DNA of 64,000 nt from Candidatus Magasanikiibacteriota bacterium (lineage in GTDB: Bacteria > Patescibacteriota > Patescibacteriia > Magasanikbacterales > GWA2-37-8), in NCBI GenBank assembly GCA_017991415.1, contig JAGOQR010000001.1, forward strand, positions 109,385-173,384, written 5' to 3'. A model generated the notes under the pieces. That model was not told where the DNA came from and did not search any database. It saw only the letters and a program-made list of their open reading frames with translations. Below, in pieces: positions 21,996 through 32,726 of this stretch (the first letter of the stretch is position 1; every line of letters begins with the position of its first letter). The position numbers and the translations under genes were made by a program.

Positions 21996-24210
21996 AATTG
22001 TTATGAAAAAAATATTTGCCTTACCGTACATATTTATACTGTCACTTGCCATCTGGTCTACACCAGTTTTGGCGGACACAACTACTACACCCGTTATTAT
22101 AGACGAAACGATAACGTCAACCCCATCTATAGACCCTGTACCTACACCAAGTTCTACAGTAATTGTACGCTACCAAGACCGAATTATTTTAAATAGCCAA
22201 ATCTTACTTACAAGCACTATTTATCATGACCAAATAAATAATCTTGACTATCCACTCGCCACCCCAACTGTTTTTTTAAGCCTTGTGCTTGCAGATCAAC
22301 AAAATGAGGCATTTACCATTTCTGATGCGCAATACAACCAAGACTATAATAGCTTTTATCTTTCCTGCCTTGCCTTACCTACTGCCTCAAGCACTGAAAA
22401 CGCTTGCTACAACTGGAATTATATCGTCGATAACAACTATCCAACTGTTGGCATGGATAAATATACGCTCACTGGCGGAGAAACTATTTACATATATTTT
22501 TCCAACCCATGGCAAATCACTGCTTCTACAAGCACCTTCCAGGTAGGAACGACAACAACGCTCCAAACCTGGCGCTATCAATTTGAAAATTTAATTGAAC
22601 CGTGGACTTTGGATGGAAACAACCTAGTAAGTATTTCTATACCAAATCCGAATCCAACTGGTTGGTGGGATCAGACCATTCCCGTAACTACTACCCAAAC
22701 GAACGCAAGCGGTACTGTAGATTACATCTTTACTACCACTGGCACGTACTATGCGCAAATTACCTCGCTTGATTTTAGCAAATGGAGCAACCCAATCACT
22801 CTCCTTGTTCAAGAAAATACACCCCCAACTTCTACTACAGAACAACCTCCATCCGGCGGAGGTTCTGGCTCAGGATCAACTGCACCAAGTATTAGCAACA
22901 GCGAAATTACAAGTGCTGTACAAAAAATACTTAATTTCCTAAAATCTAAGCAATCTGCAGACGGATCCATTCTCGACCTTGCCACTTCCGACTGGTCAGC
23001 AATGTCATTTGGGGCGAATACTATATATACGCAAGATATTAAAACTTCAACACTCTCGCTGTACGATTACCTAAATACCTCTTCGATTACTTCTGGCACC
23101 GATACACTTAATACATGCACTGAATACCCTCGACACATACTGGGATTGCTTTCGGCTGGTTTTGCCAAAACTAACACCCAAATTATTGATTTAAAAAATA
23201 AGATTACAACCGAGTGTCTTACCGAGAGCTTAGTTGGCCAACCAGGAATTAATGATGATATTTTTATCGTACTAGCGCTTCTTGCTACCGATGAAAGCCC
23301 TTCAAGCCAAATAATAAGCGCAGCTATTAATGCTATTACAGCGGATCAACAAACAGATGGGTCGTTTACTTGGAACGGATATTCTGGCCAAGACGTAACT
23401 GGTGCAGCTATAAACGCTCTTCGGTACGCTTCTACGTTTGGCATCTCTATAAATAACACAGTTTTTGAAAAAGCAAAAAACTATCTGCACACCACCCAAC
23501 TTACTGATGGTGGCTGGACAGGATATGGCACTGTTTCTGATGCCCTCACTACCAGTTGGGCCATGTATGGTATAAACTCTTTAAACGAAGGACAGGCACA
23601 ATGGACAAACGCTCAGGGAAATAACCCGTGGACTGTATTAACAACCCAGCTTACTGCCGACGGATACTACTCGAGCCCTTGGTCAGCAGACCATATCGAT
23701 TGGTTTGGCACCAAACACGCCATCCCCGCTCTACTTGGTAAATCTTGGCCAATTGTTCTAGCACCAGCAGCTACGCCTTCTTCTGGCGGCACAGGTGGCG
23801 GAACCACCATTTCCGAAGCCTCGACTTCTAGCTCTATTGTAAGTATAATAACAACCACTACAGTAGCTACTACAACCCCCGAAACAACGACTACTACCCA
23901 ACTTATTTCTACCGAAAATACCGATAATTTTGGAGAAATATTAGGCATTAAAATAGAATCCGAAAAACCCGTAGTTATAGCTGCCACCCTGAGCCCTGAA
24001 AATACAGAAACTATAGTTTCTCCTCAGAATTCGAACAACAATACAACCAGCACATCGGTAGATACTAATGAACAATATACCGAAGCAGCTCCAGACGAAA
24101 GCACTCAATTACCCGCTCCTCGTAACTGGGCAAGGATACTACTTATACTTTCTTTGGCTGGCATCGCTCTTATCGGAATATTTGTAGGAGCAAAACAACT
24201 TAAAAAATAA
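21982..24210 (+). CDS. Large cell-surface protein with prenyltransferase/squalene-cyclase-like (alpha-alpha toroid) repeats
   Basis: 742 aa. Signal peptide. Repeated Q-x2-DG-[SG]-[WF] motifs (DQQTDGSFTW, TQLTDGGWTGYG). Thr-rich linkers and a C-terminal TM anchor. Confidence 0.5.
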   Translation: MKINKIVMKKIFALPYIFILSLAIWSTPVLADTTTTPVIIDETITSTPSIDPVPTPSSTVIVRYQDRIILNSQILLTSTIYHDQINNLDYPLATPTVFLSLVLADQQNEAFTISDAQYNQDYNSFYLSCLALPTASSTENACYNWNYIVDNNYPTVGMDKYTLTGGETIYIYFSNPWQITASTSTFQVGTTTTLQTWRYQFENLIEPWTLDGNNLVSISIPNPNPTGWWDQTIPVTTTQTNASGTVDYIFTTTGTYYAQITSLDFSKWSNPITLLVQENTPPTSTTEQPPSGGGSGSGSTAPSISNSEITSAVQKILNFLKSKQSADGSILDLATSDWSAMSFGANTIYTQDIKTSTLSLYDYLNTSSITSGTDTLNTCTEYPRHILGLLSAGFAKTNTQIIDLKNKITTECLTESLVGQPGINDDIFIVLALLATDESPSSQIISAAINAITADQQTDGSFTWNGYSGQDVTGAAINALRYASTFGISINNTVFEKAKNYLHTTQLTDGGWTGYGTVSDALTTSWAMYGINSLNEGQAQWTNAQGNNPWTVLTTQLTADGYYSSPWSADHIDWFGTKHAIPALLGKSWPIVLAPAATPSSGGTGGGTTISEASTSSSIVSIITTTTVATTTPETTTTTQLISTENTDNFGEILGIKIESEKPVVIAATLSPENTETIVSPQNSNNNTTSTSVDTNEQYTEAAPDESTQLPAPRNWARILLILSLAGIALIGIFVGAKQLKK

Positions 24211-24226
24211 ATCATAATAAAAAACT

Positions 24227-24757
24227 ATGCAAAAATACCTTCCTGCTTTTCTACTAATTCTTCTTGGTATCACCTCCAGACTACTCCCTCACCCGGCCAA
24301 TTTTACTCCTATCGCTGCCATTGCCTTATTTTCTGGATTATACTTACCAAAAAAATTTGCCGTTATTATTCCCCTGCTCGCACTTATTGCAAGCGACTTT
24401 ATACTTGGCTCTTACATGTGGCAAGTAATGATAGCGGTGTACAGTAGCTTTATGGTTACCGCCTTTATCGGCTTAACAATCAAACATAATAAAAAATTAT
24501 CTACCGTAGTAGGCGGAACTCTATTTAGTAGCATCCTGTTTTTTATCACTACCAACTGGGCCGTCTGGGCATTTGGCACTATGTACGCGCATACTACAAA
24601 CGGCCTCATCCAAAGCTACCTTATGGCCTTACCATTCTTCAAAAATAGCTTACTCGGTGATTTGTTCTATACAGGCATTCTTGTTGGCGCCATGGAACTT
24701 ATACAATATTCTATTCTTAACAAAAATAAACAGTCTGCAAGCGAAGTAATCGCCTAA
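24227..24757 (+). CDS. Polytopic membrane protein
   Basis: 176 aa with about 5 TM helices. Confidence 0.45.
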   Translation: MQKYLPAFLLILLGITSRLLPHPANFTPIAAIALFSGLYLPKKFAVIIPLLALIASDFILGSYMWQVMIAVYSSFMVTAFIGLTIKHNKKLSTVVGGTLFSSILFFITTNWAVWAFGTMYAHTTNGLIQSYLMALPFFKNSLLGDLFYTGILVGAMELIQYSILNKNKQSASEVIA

Positions 24758-24763
24758 TAAATA

Positions 24764-24796
24764 AAAAAGACTTTGCAATTGCAAAGTCTTTTTTAT
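24764..24796. terminator. Bidirectional intrinsic terminator
   Basis: Perfect palindrome AAAAAAGACTTTGCAATTGCAAAGTCTTTTTT between convergent genes. Confidence 0.8.
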
Positions 24797-26200
24797 TTAA
24801 CCCCACATTAATTCTGGAGGTTCTGGCGGTTCTTCTTCTTTTGGTGGTGGCGTAGCCACTTTCTTTTTTAATGGACTTTCAGCAAAAACTTCAATTGGAA
24901 GATTAATTGGAGGTTCGGCACGTTTTCCGCCGGTCTTTTGTAATAACGGAGTTTTAACAAGAGGCAATGGAAAGTGCCAAAGAGTAGCTAATTCTTGAGT
25001 ATTTAAGATATAAGGGTTTTTACCAATTTTTAATTTTCGTTTCTTGTATGCTTTTACAAACATTTTTTTAAGATCTGCAGTTCGCGAATTTTTAAATGCA
25101 TAGTGAGCAGTAGTTGCTGCCGCAGGCACAAGCGCGTTACGACCACTATAATTAAACTGATTTAAAGAACCCACAAACCCGTCAAGACAACGACTCGGAT
25201 TAAAAACTTCTTTATTAGCGGCATATAATACTCTGGCCTTTGTCTTAAAACCAACCTTAGATATTTTTTCCTCTATAGCTGCAATAGTATCTTTTACCCC
25301 GGGGCTTAAATCCGAAATCTTACCTGGCGGCTCTTCTTTATGCTCGTCGTGACCTTCGGCTGGTGGCCTGATAGCATTTAGAATACCATCAAAGAACATA
25401 TTTAAAAGTTTAAAAAAGAAAAACTGCTCATGATGGCCTTTTTTATGCTCAATGATTTCTTTAACAAGTTCTATCCCCTTCTCTTTCCAATGAGATCCGA
25501 CTGGTTCAATAATGATTTGAAACCACAAATTTTCTCCTGGACCAATACGAGTAAAATTTTCTAAGATAGAAGCCATTGGATCGTTAAAATTAAAATCTGT
25601 AGTTACACTATGCTCAAACTCCGAATATGTTCTTATTGGATACGGATCAGCCGCTGCAAGCGCAAACTCTATACCAAACATGTTATGAGTCTCATTAGGG
25701 TATGTGCTCGGAATCATGCCAACATAATCCTCTACTTCGGTAATTTCAGCCATTGGATATTGAGCATAAATAGCTGCCTCTACAAGATCTCTATGGGTAA
25801 CTTCGGTATAAATTAAAAACTGAATATAGCCTTCCAAACTAATTATCTCTAGACTAAACCATCGCTGCTTTGCCCCTCCCCAATATTTTTGACCGAAGTT
25901 TGGCTCGTCAAGTGCACCACTGAGATGAGCAAAAATTTGCTCGACAGCCTTTGGGCTCTGGACAGTATCGGTTGGCACATCAACAGCCAAAACTACCCAC
26001 TGCCAATGATGCGTATTGAGATCCTGCCTTAAATCTAGCCACAAATGGGCTCCTATAAAGAAAAAAACGAGCGCCAAAGCTACCCAGCCAATAATAGCAA
26101 ACACAACTATTACCAAATCAAGCGTTGGTAGATTTAGAATTGTATCCCAAAAAGAAAGATCAATTGTGAGCCCAAATGGCAGTTCAGACAAAGGAGACAT
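24797..26200 (-). CDS. Membrane protein paralogous to the N-terminal domain of the VirD4-like ATPase (no ATPase domain)
   Basis: 467 aa. Two N-terminal TM helices. The segment YAQYPMAEITEVEDY aligns with HAQYPHAEITEEPDY of the 10287-12845 product over ~150 aa. Pro/Glu-rich C-terminus. Confidence 0.5.
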   Translation of the reverse strand: MSPLSELPFGLTIDLSFWDTILNLPTLDLVIVVFAIIGWVALALVFFFIGAHLWLDLRQDLNTHHWQWVVLAVDVPTDTVQSPKAVEQIFAHLSGALDEPNFGQKYWGGAKQRWFSLEIISLEGYIQFLIYTEVTHRDLVEAAIYAQYPMAEITEVEDYVGMIPSTYPNETHNMFGIEFALAAADPYPIRTYSEFEHSVTTDFNFNDPMASILENFTRIGPGENLWFQIIIEPVGSHWKEKGIELVKEIIEHKKGHHEQFFFFKLLNMFFDGILNAIRPPAEGHDEHKEEPPGKISDLSPGVKDTIAAIEEKISKVGFKTKARVLYAANKEVFNPSRCLDGFVGSLNQFNYSGRNALVPAAATTAHYAFKNSRTADLKKMFVKAYKKRKLKIGKNPYILNTQELATLWHFPLPLVKTPLLQKTGGKRAEPPINLPIEVFAESPLKKKVATPPPKEEEPPEPPELMWG

Positions 26201-26473
26201 GTAGAAAAATTAATGCTTAAGGATTGATATGATACCGCCGTAAATTATAAACATACCAAAGACAGTCCACCACCACCCAAAATCACTCGAAATCCATCCG
26301 CTATAATAAGCTAATACGCAGATAATAGTGGCGCACATGGCAGTTAAATGACGAATTGTATCATCTGACATAGAAATTGATTAAATACAAGCGAGTTATT
26401 TGCTTATTATTGTAACATATTTTTAAGCAAAACAAAAACCTGTCTTTTGGACAGGTTTTTGTTTTTTAAAGAG

Positions 26474-27382
26474 CTAGGCTTTTCTTTGTTGCCATTTGTA
26501 TACGTATACAAGAAGCGGGCTGGCAATAAAGATAGAAGAATAAGCACCGCTGGCAATACCAATAAGCAAGGCAAGGGCAAAATAATGGATACTAAAGCCT
26601 CCGATAAAAAATAGGGCAAAAAGCGGCAACATTGTTTTGAAGGTTGTGTTTATAGAACGCATGAGGGTTTGGTTCAAACCATCGTTTACCACGTCGGCAA
26701 AGTTTTCTGAACTGTGTCGCAACAAATTTTCACGAATACGATCGTATACCACAATAGTATCGTTTACTGAATAACCGAGCACAGTCAAAATTGCCACCAC
26801 AAAAGCAGTGTCAACTTCTACACCATAAAATTTTCCTAAAAAGGCAAAAACACCCATTACCAAAAGTACGTCGTGAAAAAGAGCGGCAATAGCCAGGGCA
26901 CCGTATTTCCAACTGGCTACAGGTCTAGAAACTTTTCTAAACGCATACGCCACATACCCGATGATACCAAGATTTACTAAAATAGCTGCCCAGATTGATT
27001 TAGATCTTAGCTGCTTACTAATAGATGGCCCGATAGTCTCGAATCTATTTTCAAGAACAGTATTACCGTTATTTTGAAACTTGTTTGTTATTTCCTTAAC
27101 CACAGCTTGATGCTCTTGTTCGTTCAAAAAATCGGTTCTAATAATTAGACCCTTATCGCCTGTCTTTTGTAAGGCAGCGTTTTTTATACCCAAACCATCA
27201 AACACACTCTTAACCTCAGAATTTTCAGGTCTATTTGTAAATGACACTTCTAATAAAGATCCACTCGTAAAGTCAATACCTGGTTTCAAACCCCACATAG
27301 CAAGGAAAACGATAGCAGTAACTGTAACCAAAGCACTTACAATTAAAAGGAATTTTGAATACTTAATAAATGGTATAGACAT
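26474..27382 (-). CDS. secF: Protein translocase subunit SecF
   Basis: 302 aa, six TM helices, SecD/SecF family signature. Confidence 0.85.
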   Translation of the reverse strand: MSIPFIKYSKFLLIVSALVTVTAIVFLAMWGLKPGIDFTSGSLLEVSFTNRPENSEVKSVFDGLGIKNAALQKTGDKGLIIRTDFLNEQEHQAVVKEITNKFQNNGNTVLENRFETIGPSISKQLRSKSIWAAILVNLGIIGYVAYAFRKVSRPVASWKYGALAIAALFHDVLLVMGVFAFLGKFYGVEVDTAFVVAILTVLGYSVNDTIVVYDRIRENLLRHSSENFADVVNDGLNQTLMRSINTTFKTMLPLFALFFIGGFSIHYFALALLIGIASGAYSSIFIASPLLVYVYKWQQRKA

Positions 27383-27441
27383 AGAATGATTATATGATTG
27401 AAACGGACATCTTAAGAATGATTGTTTGAGCCCCTATTAAT

Positions 27442-29256
27442 TTATACCTTTTCTTTTTTAGAATAGCCTAAGAAGAGCACATTGCCTTCGTCCTTCTTAA
27501 CTAACAACAGAATGGCTCTTAAGATAGTGCGAGTAAGCACAATAGCAGAGAACATACTTACCAGCACACCAATGGCCAATACTACGGCAAACCCTTTTAC
27601 AAAGCCACCCATCCAAACCATAAATATACAACTAATTAAGGTAGTTATGTTGCTATCACGAATAGAAGGCCAAGCTCTGACAAAAGCCTCTTCTACTGCA
27701 TTTTTTAAGCTTCTACCAGATCGCAACTCTTCTTTTAAACGCTCGAATACAAGCACATTAGCATCCACAGCCATACCAATAGAAAGAATAAAACCAGCAA
27801 TACCAGACAATGTTAGAGTAACTCCAATAGTTTTGAAAAGCACCAAGTTAATAAGCACGTACATGCTTAGAGAAATTGCTGCAATAAAACCTGGCAAGCG
27901 GTAATAAAGAACCATGTAGATGAGAACTGCAATCAAACCATAGATACCGGCCATGAAACTTTTTTGTAAAGAATCTGCGCCCAAAGTAGCATCAACTTTT
28001 TGCTGACTGATGAGCTCTACCGGCACTGGCAACGCACCTGAGTTAAGGCGCTGAGCTAACAAGCGAGCTTCTTGCAAAGAAAAGCTTCCGCTAATTACCG
28101 CACTTCCACCAAGAATCGGTTCGTTTACCTGAGGAATACTAATTGCAGATCCGTCCAAGAATATTGCAACAGACTTACCAACGTTACGTTTTGTTAAATC
28201 TGCAAACAATTGAGTACCCTCATCATCAAAATTTAAGGCTACCTGCACCTGGCCAGTCTGAGTACTCTGGCTTACTTCTGCTCTTTTGAGCTGCTTACCC
28301 GATAAACCACTGGCTTTCCACTGTTCGGCAGGAGGTACAATGTCAGTTGGCTTTTTAGTTTTAAATAAAATTCGAGCAATGTTATACGTTTTAGGAGTAC
28401 TTGTATCATTTACATCTTTTGGTTGTGCAGAAAGTCTCTTGATAACATTTATACCATCAAAACTTTTTATTAATTCTGTACTTACTTCGCCATCTTTGTG
28501 CTTTTCTGCCCAGGCATAAAAATCGGGCACGATTGTGTTATCCAGAAAACCAAGATCGCCACCTGTTGATTTTGTTTGCTCATCTTCTGAATATTTTGTA
28601 ACTGCTTCAGCAAAATCCATTCCAGCAGCAATGTCTTTTTGAGCTGCTTTTGCTTTTTTCTGAGCCTCAGCATTAAACGTATCCATTTCTTTTTGTTCAG
28701 CAGCAGTAAGCGCTCGTAATGGCTCATTACTTTCTTCTTTAAATTCTAAAATTGGAGTTTCTCCAATCATCTTGATAGCTTGATTAACATCGGTAACACC
28801 TGGCAATTCTACAATTACATGATAATCATTATTAACACGAGTAGTTTGTACAAGTGGCTCTGAGACCCCCAAACCACCGCGCACACGACGCTCTATCACA
28901 TCGCGCACACCTTCTACTGCACTTGCTTTATCACTATCTGGAATAAGGGCTGTATTAGCTTGATATACCAAATGAGCACCACCTTGCAAGTCTAAACCGA
29001 GGTTAAAACCAGACGCAGGCAACTTTGGCAAACCAATATTAGCTTTTTGATTAACCCAATCTATGCCTCTGTTGGCATAAACAGGAAAAACAACGAGCAA
29101 ACAAAAAACTGTCAATAAAAATATAGAAAAAATACGCCATTTAACGGTTTGTTTTGAGATGCTTTTGACCTGATTTTTTACAGCCATAATGGATGAATTT
29201 AAAGAGTAGGAATAACAATTTGCTCTAATCTTAATTGATTTGGATATTTTTGGCAA
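27442..29256 (-). CDS. secD: Protein translocase subunit SecD
   Basis: 604 aa with a large periplasmic loop and C-terminal SecDF TM bundle (GIAGFILSIGMAVDANVL). Gene order is secD then secF. Confidence 0.85.
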   Translation of the reverse strand: MPKISKSIKIRANCYSYSLNSSIMAVKNQVKSISKQTVKWRIFSIFLLTVFCLLVVFPVYANRGIDWVNQKANIGLPKLPASGFNLGLDLQGGAHLVYQANTALIPDSDKASAVEGVRDVIERRVRGGLGVSEPLVQTTRVNNDYHVIVELPGVTDVNQAIKMIGETPILEFKEESNEPLRALTAAEQKEMDTFNAEAQKKAKAAQKDIAAGMDFAEAVTKYSEDEQTKSTGGDLGFLDNTIVPDFYAWAEKHKDGEVSTELIKSFDGINVIKRLSAQPKDVNDTSTPKTYNIARILFKTKKPTDIVPPAEQWKASGLSGKQLKRAEVSQSTQTGQVQVALNFDDEGTQLFADLTKRNVGKSVAIFLDGSAISIPQVNEPILGGSAVISGSFSLQEARLLAQRLNSGALPVPVELISQQKVDATLGADSLQKSFMAGIYGLIAVLIYMVLYYRLPGFIAAISLSMYVLINLVLFKTIGVTLTLSGIAGFILSIGMAVDANVLVFERLKEELRSGRSLKNAVEEAFVRAWPSIRDSNITTLISCIFMVWMGGFVKGFAVVLAIGVLVSMFSAIVLTRTILRAILLLVKKDEGNVLFLGYSKKEKV

Positions 29257-29291
29257 GGGTCCCCCTCTTTATATAGAGGGGATAAATAATA

Positions 29292-29507
29292 CTACTCGCC
29301 AATATAGGTAAATCGGGGCATAGTTTTACCCTCAACCTCAACGTTTTCGGTAAATACACCTAACGGCCTAACCCATAACGAAAATTCACTTGCATATAAC
29401 GGCCGATACACTACCATATCTTCCAAGGTAGACTCCAGTTTAGCCACTCCAATAACTTCGTATTCTTTGTTTTTATAATGTCGATATTTACCAAGCTTAA
29501 GTGACAT
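29292..29507 (-). CDS. DUF1653-like small protein
   Basis: 71 aa. YRHYKNKEYEVIGVAKLESTLEDMVVYRPLY pattern. Confidence 0.45.
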   Translation of the reverse strand: MSLKLGKYRHYKNKEYEVIGVAKLESTLEDMVVYRPLYASEFSLWVRPLGVFTENVEVEGKTMPRFTYIGE

Positions 29508-29527
29508 ATAAAACGAAGAGTAAAATT

Positions 29528-32305
29528 TTAAACATTACCGTGACACTTCTTGTACTTCTTTCCACTTCCACACGGACACAAATCATTTCTACCAATTATT
29601 TTTCCATCAGCGGTTTTTTCTTTTCCAGAATTACTGGAAACTTCTATCTCACCATCTATCGCCTTACTCGCACCGCTAAAATTTAAGTTGTGTTGTTTAC
29701 CCATCACTGATGGTGCGATTTGAATTCCTAAATTTACTTTGTAAATTAGATAGACTACTTCTTTTTGAATAAGATTGAGCAACTCATTAAACATGCGGAA
29801 TGTTTCTTTTTTATACTCTACAAGCGGATCTTGTTGAGCATAGCCGCGTAGTCCAATACCAGTTCGCAAATAATCTACGGCCACCAGATGCTCTACCCAC
29901 AAATTATCCATAGCACGAAGCAACACCTGCTTTTCTATCTCAAGCAACATGCCTGGCTCTGGCACAGCCTTAATAAGCAAGGTTTCATATTTTTCATTTG
30001 CCAGCTGCACAAAAAACTCGATCATCTTGGTACGAATTTCGACATCGTCTAATTTTCCTTTATGCTCCCCTTTCGACAAAAGTGTAACTGCGCTTTTCTC
30101 TTCGTCGGACAAAGCAAAAATAGTAGATACTGTTTCTAAAATTTCTTTGATATTCCATTCGTTTTTATCTTCGGTATTAGTATGGAAAGAAATAACCTGC
30201 TCTATCTCCTGCTCTACCATATCCAAAATAATCTGGCGCATGGTTTTTGCACCATCTGGCACTGTGCCATTTTTTTCATTACTAAATGTTTCCAAAACTT
30301 CTCGGCGCTTGGCATAAATAACTTCTCGATGACGATTAAGCACATCATCGTACTCTAATAAGTGCTTACGAGAATCAAAGTGCATACCCTCTACTTTTTT
30401 CTGTGCAGACTCTATAACTCGAGTAATTATTTTTTGTTCAATCGGCATATCATCTGGAACCTTAAGCGTTTCCATTACACCGCGAATACGTTCGCCAGCA
30501 AAAATACGCATTAGGTCATCGTCTGTCGAAAGATAAAACTGAGATTCACCTGGGTCACCCTGACGACCACTACGACCTCGTAGCTGATTATCAATACGGC
30601 GACTCTCGTGACGCTCAGTACCAATCACAAACAAACCACCTGCTTCACGGACTTTAGCTGCTTCTTCGGGCACCACCGGATTACCACCAAGTAAAATATC
30701 AACACCACGACCAGCCATGTTGGTTGCAAGCGTTACTGCACCAGCACGCCCAGCTTGGGCTACAATCTCACCTTCGCGCTCATGATTTTTTGCATTTAAA
30801 ATCTCATGTTTAATACCTTCTCGTTCCAAATACAGACTAAGCGCCTCGTTTTTGTCTACGGCCACTGTACCAATAAGTACAGGCTGCCCTTTTTCTTGCA
30901 ACTCTTTTACTTTAAGAGCAATGGCTTTATATTTTGCTTCTTCGGTTTTGTAAATTCGATCAGGGTGATTGATACGTTGATTGATTTTGTTTGGCGGAAT
31001 TACAACAACTTCTAATTTATAAATCTTACCAAACTCTTCGGCTTCGGTTACAGCCGTCCCTGTCATACCAGACAATTTTGGATATAATCTAAAATAATTT
31101 TGGAAAGTTACCGTCGCCATTGTCTGACTCTCTTGTTGAATTTTTACTTTTTCTTTTGCTTCTATAGCCTGATGCAACCCTTCACTATAACGGCGACCTG
31201 GCATTTTACGACCGGTAAACTCATCTACAATAATTACTTCTCCGTTTTCTACGATATAATCTCGATCAAGCATAAATAATGCCTGAGCACGGAGCGCCTG
31301 CTCCATATGATGAACTGTTTTTATACCACCTTCAGCATAAATATTATCTATACCTAACCACTTTTCCATTTTATTAATACCAGCTTCGGTAAGTGTAGAA
31401 GAGCGCATTTTTTCATCAACATTATAGTCTTCGTCGAGCACCAACCCTTTTACTAATTCAGCAAATTTATAGTACATGTCATTGGCATCTTCGGCTGGTG
31501 CAGAAATAATAAGCGGTGTTCTGGCTTCGTCAATTAAAATAGAATCAACTTCATCGACAATAGCGAAAAAGAATGGACGTTGAGCCATGTCTTGTTTATT
31601 TTGCACCATGTTGTCACGCAAATAATCGAAGCCAAACTCGTTGTTGGTTCCATAGGTAATATCACAAGCATACGCTTCCTGCCTTGTACAACTTTCTAGA
31701 TACTCTACTTCCACTTTAAACATACCTTTAGCATCACGTTCTTTATCAGCTGGACTTCCTTCGGACAAATCTTCTTCTGGCTTAATAGATTTTGCAGCAT
31801 TATATCTAAAAGATTTTAATTGCTGCTGAATAATACCAACACTCAGACCCAGCGCATCATAAATTTGGGCCATCCACACGGCATCGCGTTTTGCCAAATA
31901 ATCATTGACAGTTACTACATGCACACCTTTCCCAGCCAAAGCATTTAGGTATGTTGGTAATGTTCCTACGAGTGTTTTTCCTTCACCGGTTCCCATTTCG
32001 GCAATGCTGCCGCGATGAAGCACAATACCACCAATAAGCTGCACATCGAAATGACGCATACCGGTAATGCGCTTGGAAGTTTCTCGCACTACGGCATATG
32101 CTTCTGGTAAAATATGATCAAGCGTTTCGCCATTATTCAAGCGACTTCTAAATTCCGTAGTTTTGTTGCGCAAATCTTCGAGAGTTAATTTCTCCATTTC
32201 TGGTTCGAGGGTATTTATTTTTTCTACTATCGGACGAATACTTGCCACCGCTTTCGCATTAGGATCTCCAAATATTTTAGATAAAAAAGACATATAGTTT
32301 AGCAC
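29528..32305 (-). CDS. secA: Preprotein translocase ATPase SecA
   Basis: 925 aa with DEAD-like motor motifs and a C-terminal zinc finger CPCGSGKKYKKCHG. Confidence 0.93.
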   Translation of the reverse strand: MLNYMSFLSKIFGDPNAKAVASIRPIVEKINTLEPEMEKLTLEDLRNKTTEFRSRLNNGETLDHILPEAYAVVRETSKRITGMRHFDVQLIGGIVLHRGSIAEMGTGEGKTLVGTLPTYLNALAGKGVHVVTVNDYLAKRDAVWMAQIYDALGLSVGIIQQQLKSFRYNAAKSIKPEEDLSEGSPADKERDAKGMFKVEVEYLESCTRQEAYACDITYGTNNEFGFDYLRDNMVQNKQDMAQRPFFFAIVDEVDSILIDEARTPLIISAPAEDANDMYYKFAELVKGLVLDEDYNVDEKMRSSTLTEAGINKMEKWLGIDNIYAEGGIKTVHHMEQALRAQALFMLDRDYIVENGEVIIVDEFTGRKMPGRRYSEGLHQAIEAKEKVKIQQESQTMATVTFQNYFRLYPKLSGMTGTAVTEAEEFGKIYKLEVVVIPPNKINQRINHPDRIYKTEEAKYKAIALKVKELQEKGQPVLIGTVAVDKNEALSLYLEREGIKHEILNAKNHEREGEIVAQAGRAGAVTLATNMAGRGVDILLGGNPVVPEEAAKVREAGGLFVIGTERHESRRIDNQLRGRSGRQGDPGESQFYLSTDDDLMRIFAGERIRGVMETLKVPDDMPIEQKIITRVIESAQKKVEGMHFDSRKHLLEYDDVLNRHREVIYAKRREVLETFSNEKNGTVPDGAKTMRQIILDMVEQEIEQVISFHTNTEDKNEWNIKEILETVSTIFALSDEEKSAVTLLSKGEHKGKLDDVEIRTKMIEFFVQLANEKYETLLIKAVPEPGMLLEIEKQVLLRAMDNLWVEHLVAVDYLRTGIGLRGYAQQDPLVEYKKETFRMFNELLNLIQKEVVYLIYKVNLGIQIAPSVMGKQHNLNFSGASKAIDGEIEVSSNSGKEKTADGKIIGRNDLCPCGSGKKYKKCHGNV

Positions 32306-32408
32306 GGCTACTTTAACAAACGAGGAATAAACTGCTTATATATTACTAAAAACAGGCCTCTATAAGGCCTGCCTATTTTATCATAGAGGGTCCAGATAAT
32401 CAAGGATT

Positions 32409-32720
32409 TTAGGCTTTATTTTGTAAAATCAAAAGCTCCTTTATTCGAGCCATTTCCCGCTCTACTACATCACCGTCGTACTCTCCTGAATGAGCGGTAA
32501 CACCCTCATAAATTGGTCGTTTTTGATCCAGATGCAAATCAAAAATCACCGTATCATTTTCTATTTTAATATAGACATGGAATCGAGGATAAAAATCTCT
32601 ATGGATACGTTTGGCAAAGCTCGTTTTACCCATGCGTCTATCTATAATTTTGGCATAGCCACAGCGCAAAATATTTTTTTCTGGATCGCTTATTTCGTTT
32701 TTATTAAATCTAATAATCAT
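32409..32720 (-). CDS. Hypothetical protein
   Basis: 103 aa, no motif recognised. Confidence 0.35.
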   Translation of the reverse strand: MIIRFNKNEISDPEKNILRCGYAKIIDRRMGKTSFAKRIHRDFYPRFHVYIKIENDTVIFDLHLDQKRPIYEGVTAHSGEYDGDVVEREMARIKELLILQNKA

Positions 32721-32726
32721 AAAAAA

